This document shows, piece by piece, positions 62,063 to 64,000 of a stretch of 64,000 nt of DNA. Numbering within the stretch: the stretch's first letter is position 1; every line of letters begins with the position of its first letter. The position numbers and the translations under genes were made by a program. This DNA is from Trichodelitschia bisporula (lineage: Eukaryota): contig ML996708.1 in NCBI GenBank assembly GCA_010356995.1, positions 186,001-250,000 on the forward strand, read 5' to 3'. The notes under the pieces were generated by a model. That model saw nothing but the letters and a program-made list of their open reading frames with translations, was not told where the DNA came from and searched no databases.

Positions 62063-62269
62063 AGCTGACGCGTTGTAAGTGCATCGCGTGTTAAAATTTA
62101 TATAGGGTTTATAGCTTTCTTAGCGTCTTAGCGCTAAGCGGTGCGTATAGCCATAAAATAGAACTTTAAATCTTGATACACTCATAACGCATTAGTTAAT
62201 AAAGAAAAATGAGTTCATTAGAATCGCCTCGACGAGCCGCATCTTTTAACACTTTATTTGGCATAATAA

Positions 62270-62573
62270 TAATAATAGCTTGATTACGCCCAGGCTTGTT
62301 TTAGCTAGCCGTATGGTCGGGTCTCACCACTTTAGGAGTGGGTTTGACCAATTTCTTTGGTTCTACACGGCAAAAACCCTCCCTGGAAGGGTTGAGGAAA
62401 AGCCCTGGAAGTCGTCCTTTGGAGAGGGGCATGTGAGCCCCACGCCTTCAACATATGTTTATCGTCTTTTCTTTGCACTATTCTTGTGTGTCCCAAGCGA
62501 GAACTTGGCTGCACGCCGAGAAACTGAGAAACACTCCATATCCCAATTAAACCCCAAAAACGCCGAACGCCTA
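62270..62573 (-). mobile_element. Short retroposed copy of the LINE 3' end (severely truncated LINE or SINE-like)
   Basis: Reverse complement of 61751-62055 with about 9 differences; (TAT)n tail; perfect 19-bp TSD ACTTTATTTGGCATAATAA at 62251-62269 and 62574-62592. Confidence 0.92.
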
Positions 62574-62684
62574 ACTTTATTTGGCATAATAACGTTGTGT
62601 GGAATATAGTGTAATCTTCATATAGCTGGACTTCAATAATTAGCTATAAGTACGCTACTGTGGCTGAAAAATCCTCGTCTTCTA

Positions 62685-63081
62685 GTTGGCTGTTTGGGAG
62701 AGGTGTGAACCGTAGGTATAAACGGCTAATTTTTTTGGTGTGCGTAGAATAGTTCCCGCGGCAGGCTATTAGGCCAGCTATGAAAATTGGATATTTGTCA
62801 CGATGAGCACTATTGGCTAAGGGTTTCCAACTTTATTGATATCGTCGCTTTTAGATATAAGCATCCGCGCTTTTGGCTATCGGAAACTCAGATCTTAATA
62901 TTGCGATTGTAATGTTAGGTTCAAAAACTAAAAAAGAGAAACTTTGCGTCTTCATATAATGCTAGAATATGCGCCTAAAACCTTTAGCCAAATCACAGCT
63001 CCGTGAGGGAACGTATTCCACGCACATCCAAAAACCCTGCCGTTTACACTTGCCTTGTACCCCACCCTCAGTCCAGTACCC
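62685..63081. mobile_element. Degenerate inverted-repeat (foldback/MULE-like) element
   Basis: 62716-62761 GTATAAACGGC...TTTTTGGTGTGCGTAGAATAGTTCCCGCGG vs reverse complement of 63001-63049; TTGGCTAAGGGTTT vs AAACCTTTAGCCAA; right end CAGTACCC, as in the 57467 element. Left boundary uncertain. Confidence 0.55.
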
Positions 63082-63253
63082 GGACCATATCAGAATCTGG
63101 GGTTACCACGGCATCATCAACCACATCATGCGATGTAGATAAGACGAGATGAAATTTGTACCAAAGCATTGCTGCATCAAACGTAGCAGTTTGGCATTTT
63201 TGCTTTTTTTTAGGCGCGGTGAGTGTATCGCTGGGTAAAGCTTTGATAGGGGT

Positions 63254-63470
63254 TATTCCTTATACGGTCCAGGTACTTGCCTAGGTACACGCACATGTAT
63301 TTTCCTGGTCCAAATTGCTGTTATTAACCAATTAAAGAGCTAGAGTTTAGTTCCATTAAGAATTCTCAATTTTTGTAATAAATCCTAGCTGCTGAATTGG
63401 CTAATGACAGCGATTTGTACCCGGGCCGTACAAAGGATACCTGAACCAGTACCTGGGCCATACGAGGATA
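63254..63470. mobile_element. Palindromic ~220-bp MITE, copy 2
   Basis: TATTCCTTATACGGTCCAGGTAC ... GTACCTGGGCCATACGAGGATA; internal CCAATTAAAGAGCTAGAGTTTAGTTCC core homologous to copy 1. Confidence 0.78.
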
Positions 63471-63666
63471 GCTTTCCTCAGCGGCTTGGCGCTATGTAGT
63501 TACCAGACCCTAAAACAGAACTCCAAAACTGGTTGCAATATCAACGGCCTCATGAATAAAGATAACAATTTGATGTATATCATTGCTTTCGTAATCTACA
63601 TCGTTCACGGCCTTATTTATTTTAATGACGTGGTGGGAAGGCAGTGCAAAGTTGTATGGATGGGGA

Positions 63667-63883
63667 TACTCCTTGTACGGCCCAAGTACTGGCCCAAGCC
63701 CAGGTACTCGTCGCCCACGTACCAGCTATCATAAACAAATTAAAGAGCTGTGATTTAGTTCCGCAAAGATATCTCTTTTTCTGCAACAAATGCTACTTCC
63801 TTGCTTGGTTCAAGATAGCGGGTACGTTGGTAAAAAGTACCTGGGCCAGTACCATGGCCAGTATATGGGCCGTGTTAGGGATA
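63667..63883. mobile_element. Palindromic ~220-bp MITE, copy 3
   Basis: TACTCCTTGTACGGCCCAAGTAC ... GTATATGGGCCGTGTTAGGGATA; core AAATTAAAGAGCTGTGATTTAGTTCC shared with copies 1 and 2. Confidence 0.78.
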
Positions 63884-64000
63884 TGTCTTCTGTATGAACA
63901 CGTAAGAGGAGGAAGGCAGAAAGAAAACGAGACTGCTACAGCAAGGCTGAGTAGGTCTGGGAGTCCCCCCCTTATTAGTCGAATATGGGAACATCACTCT

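Overview
Eukaryotic, GC-rich, gene-dense DNA from a filamentous ascomycete (Pezizomycotina; short spliceosomal introns with CTRAC/CTAAY branch points). From 1 to about 56.5 kb I reconstructed about 25 mostly intron-containing genes by hand: Tom6, Rpb10, Utp17/Nan1, a carboxylesterase, Mgm101, an HVA22/DP1-family protein, a TANGO2/NRDE protein, a BTB protein, an E2 ubiquitin-conjugating enzyme, an ABC1/UbiB kinase, an Sfl1-like HSF factor, Hpt1/Xpt1, two secreted FAD oxidoreductases, Rpt5, Bpl1, Coa4, Rad26/CSB, a GH93 enzyme, a rhodanese-PTP phosphatase, Nse1 and three hypotheticals, plus one tRNA-Arg(CCG). From about 57.3 kb the window becomes an AT-richer, gene-free repeat island. It holds a three-level nest of non-autonomous DNA elements (a TA-flanked palindromic MITE inside a long-TIR Mutator-like element inside an older MITE), a 5'-truncated and inactivated Tad1-like LINE, and an inverted ~305-bp copy of that LINE's 3' end with a perfect 19-bp target-site duplication, which forms a long inverted repeat. 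Other notable items are a long hairpin filling the MGM101 intron, three GC-AG and six AAG-acceptor introns among 50 reconstructed, and an internal Kex2-like loop in a BBE-like oxidase. No database searches were run; gene names come from recognised motifs. I found no clear-cut new multi-gene system, and the best candidates for novelty are the repeat families and the structured intron.
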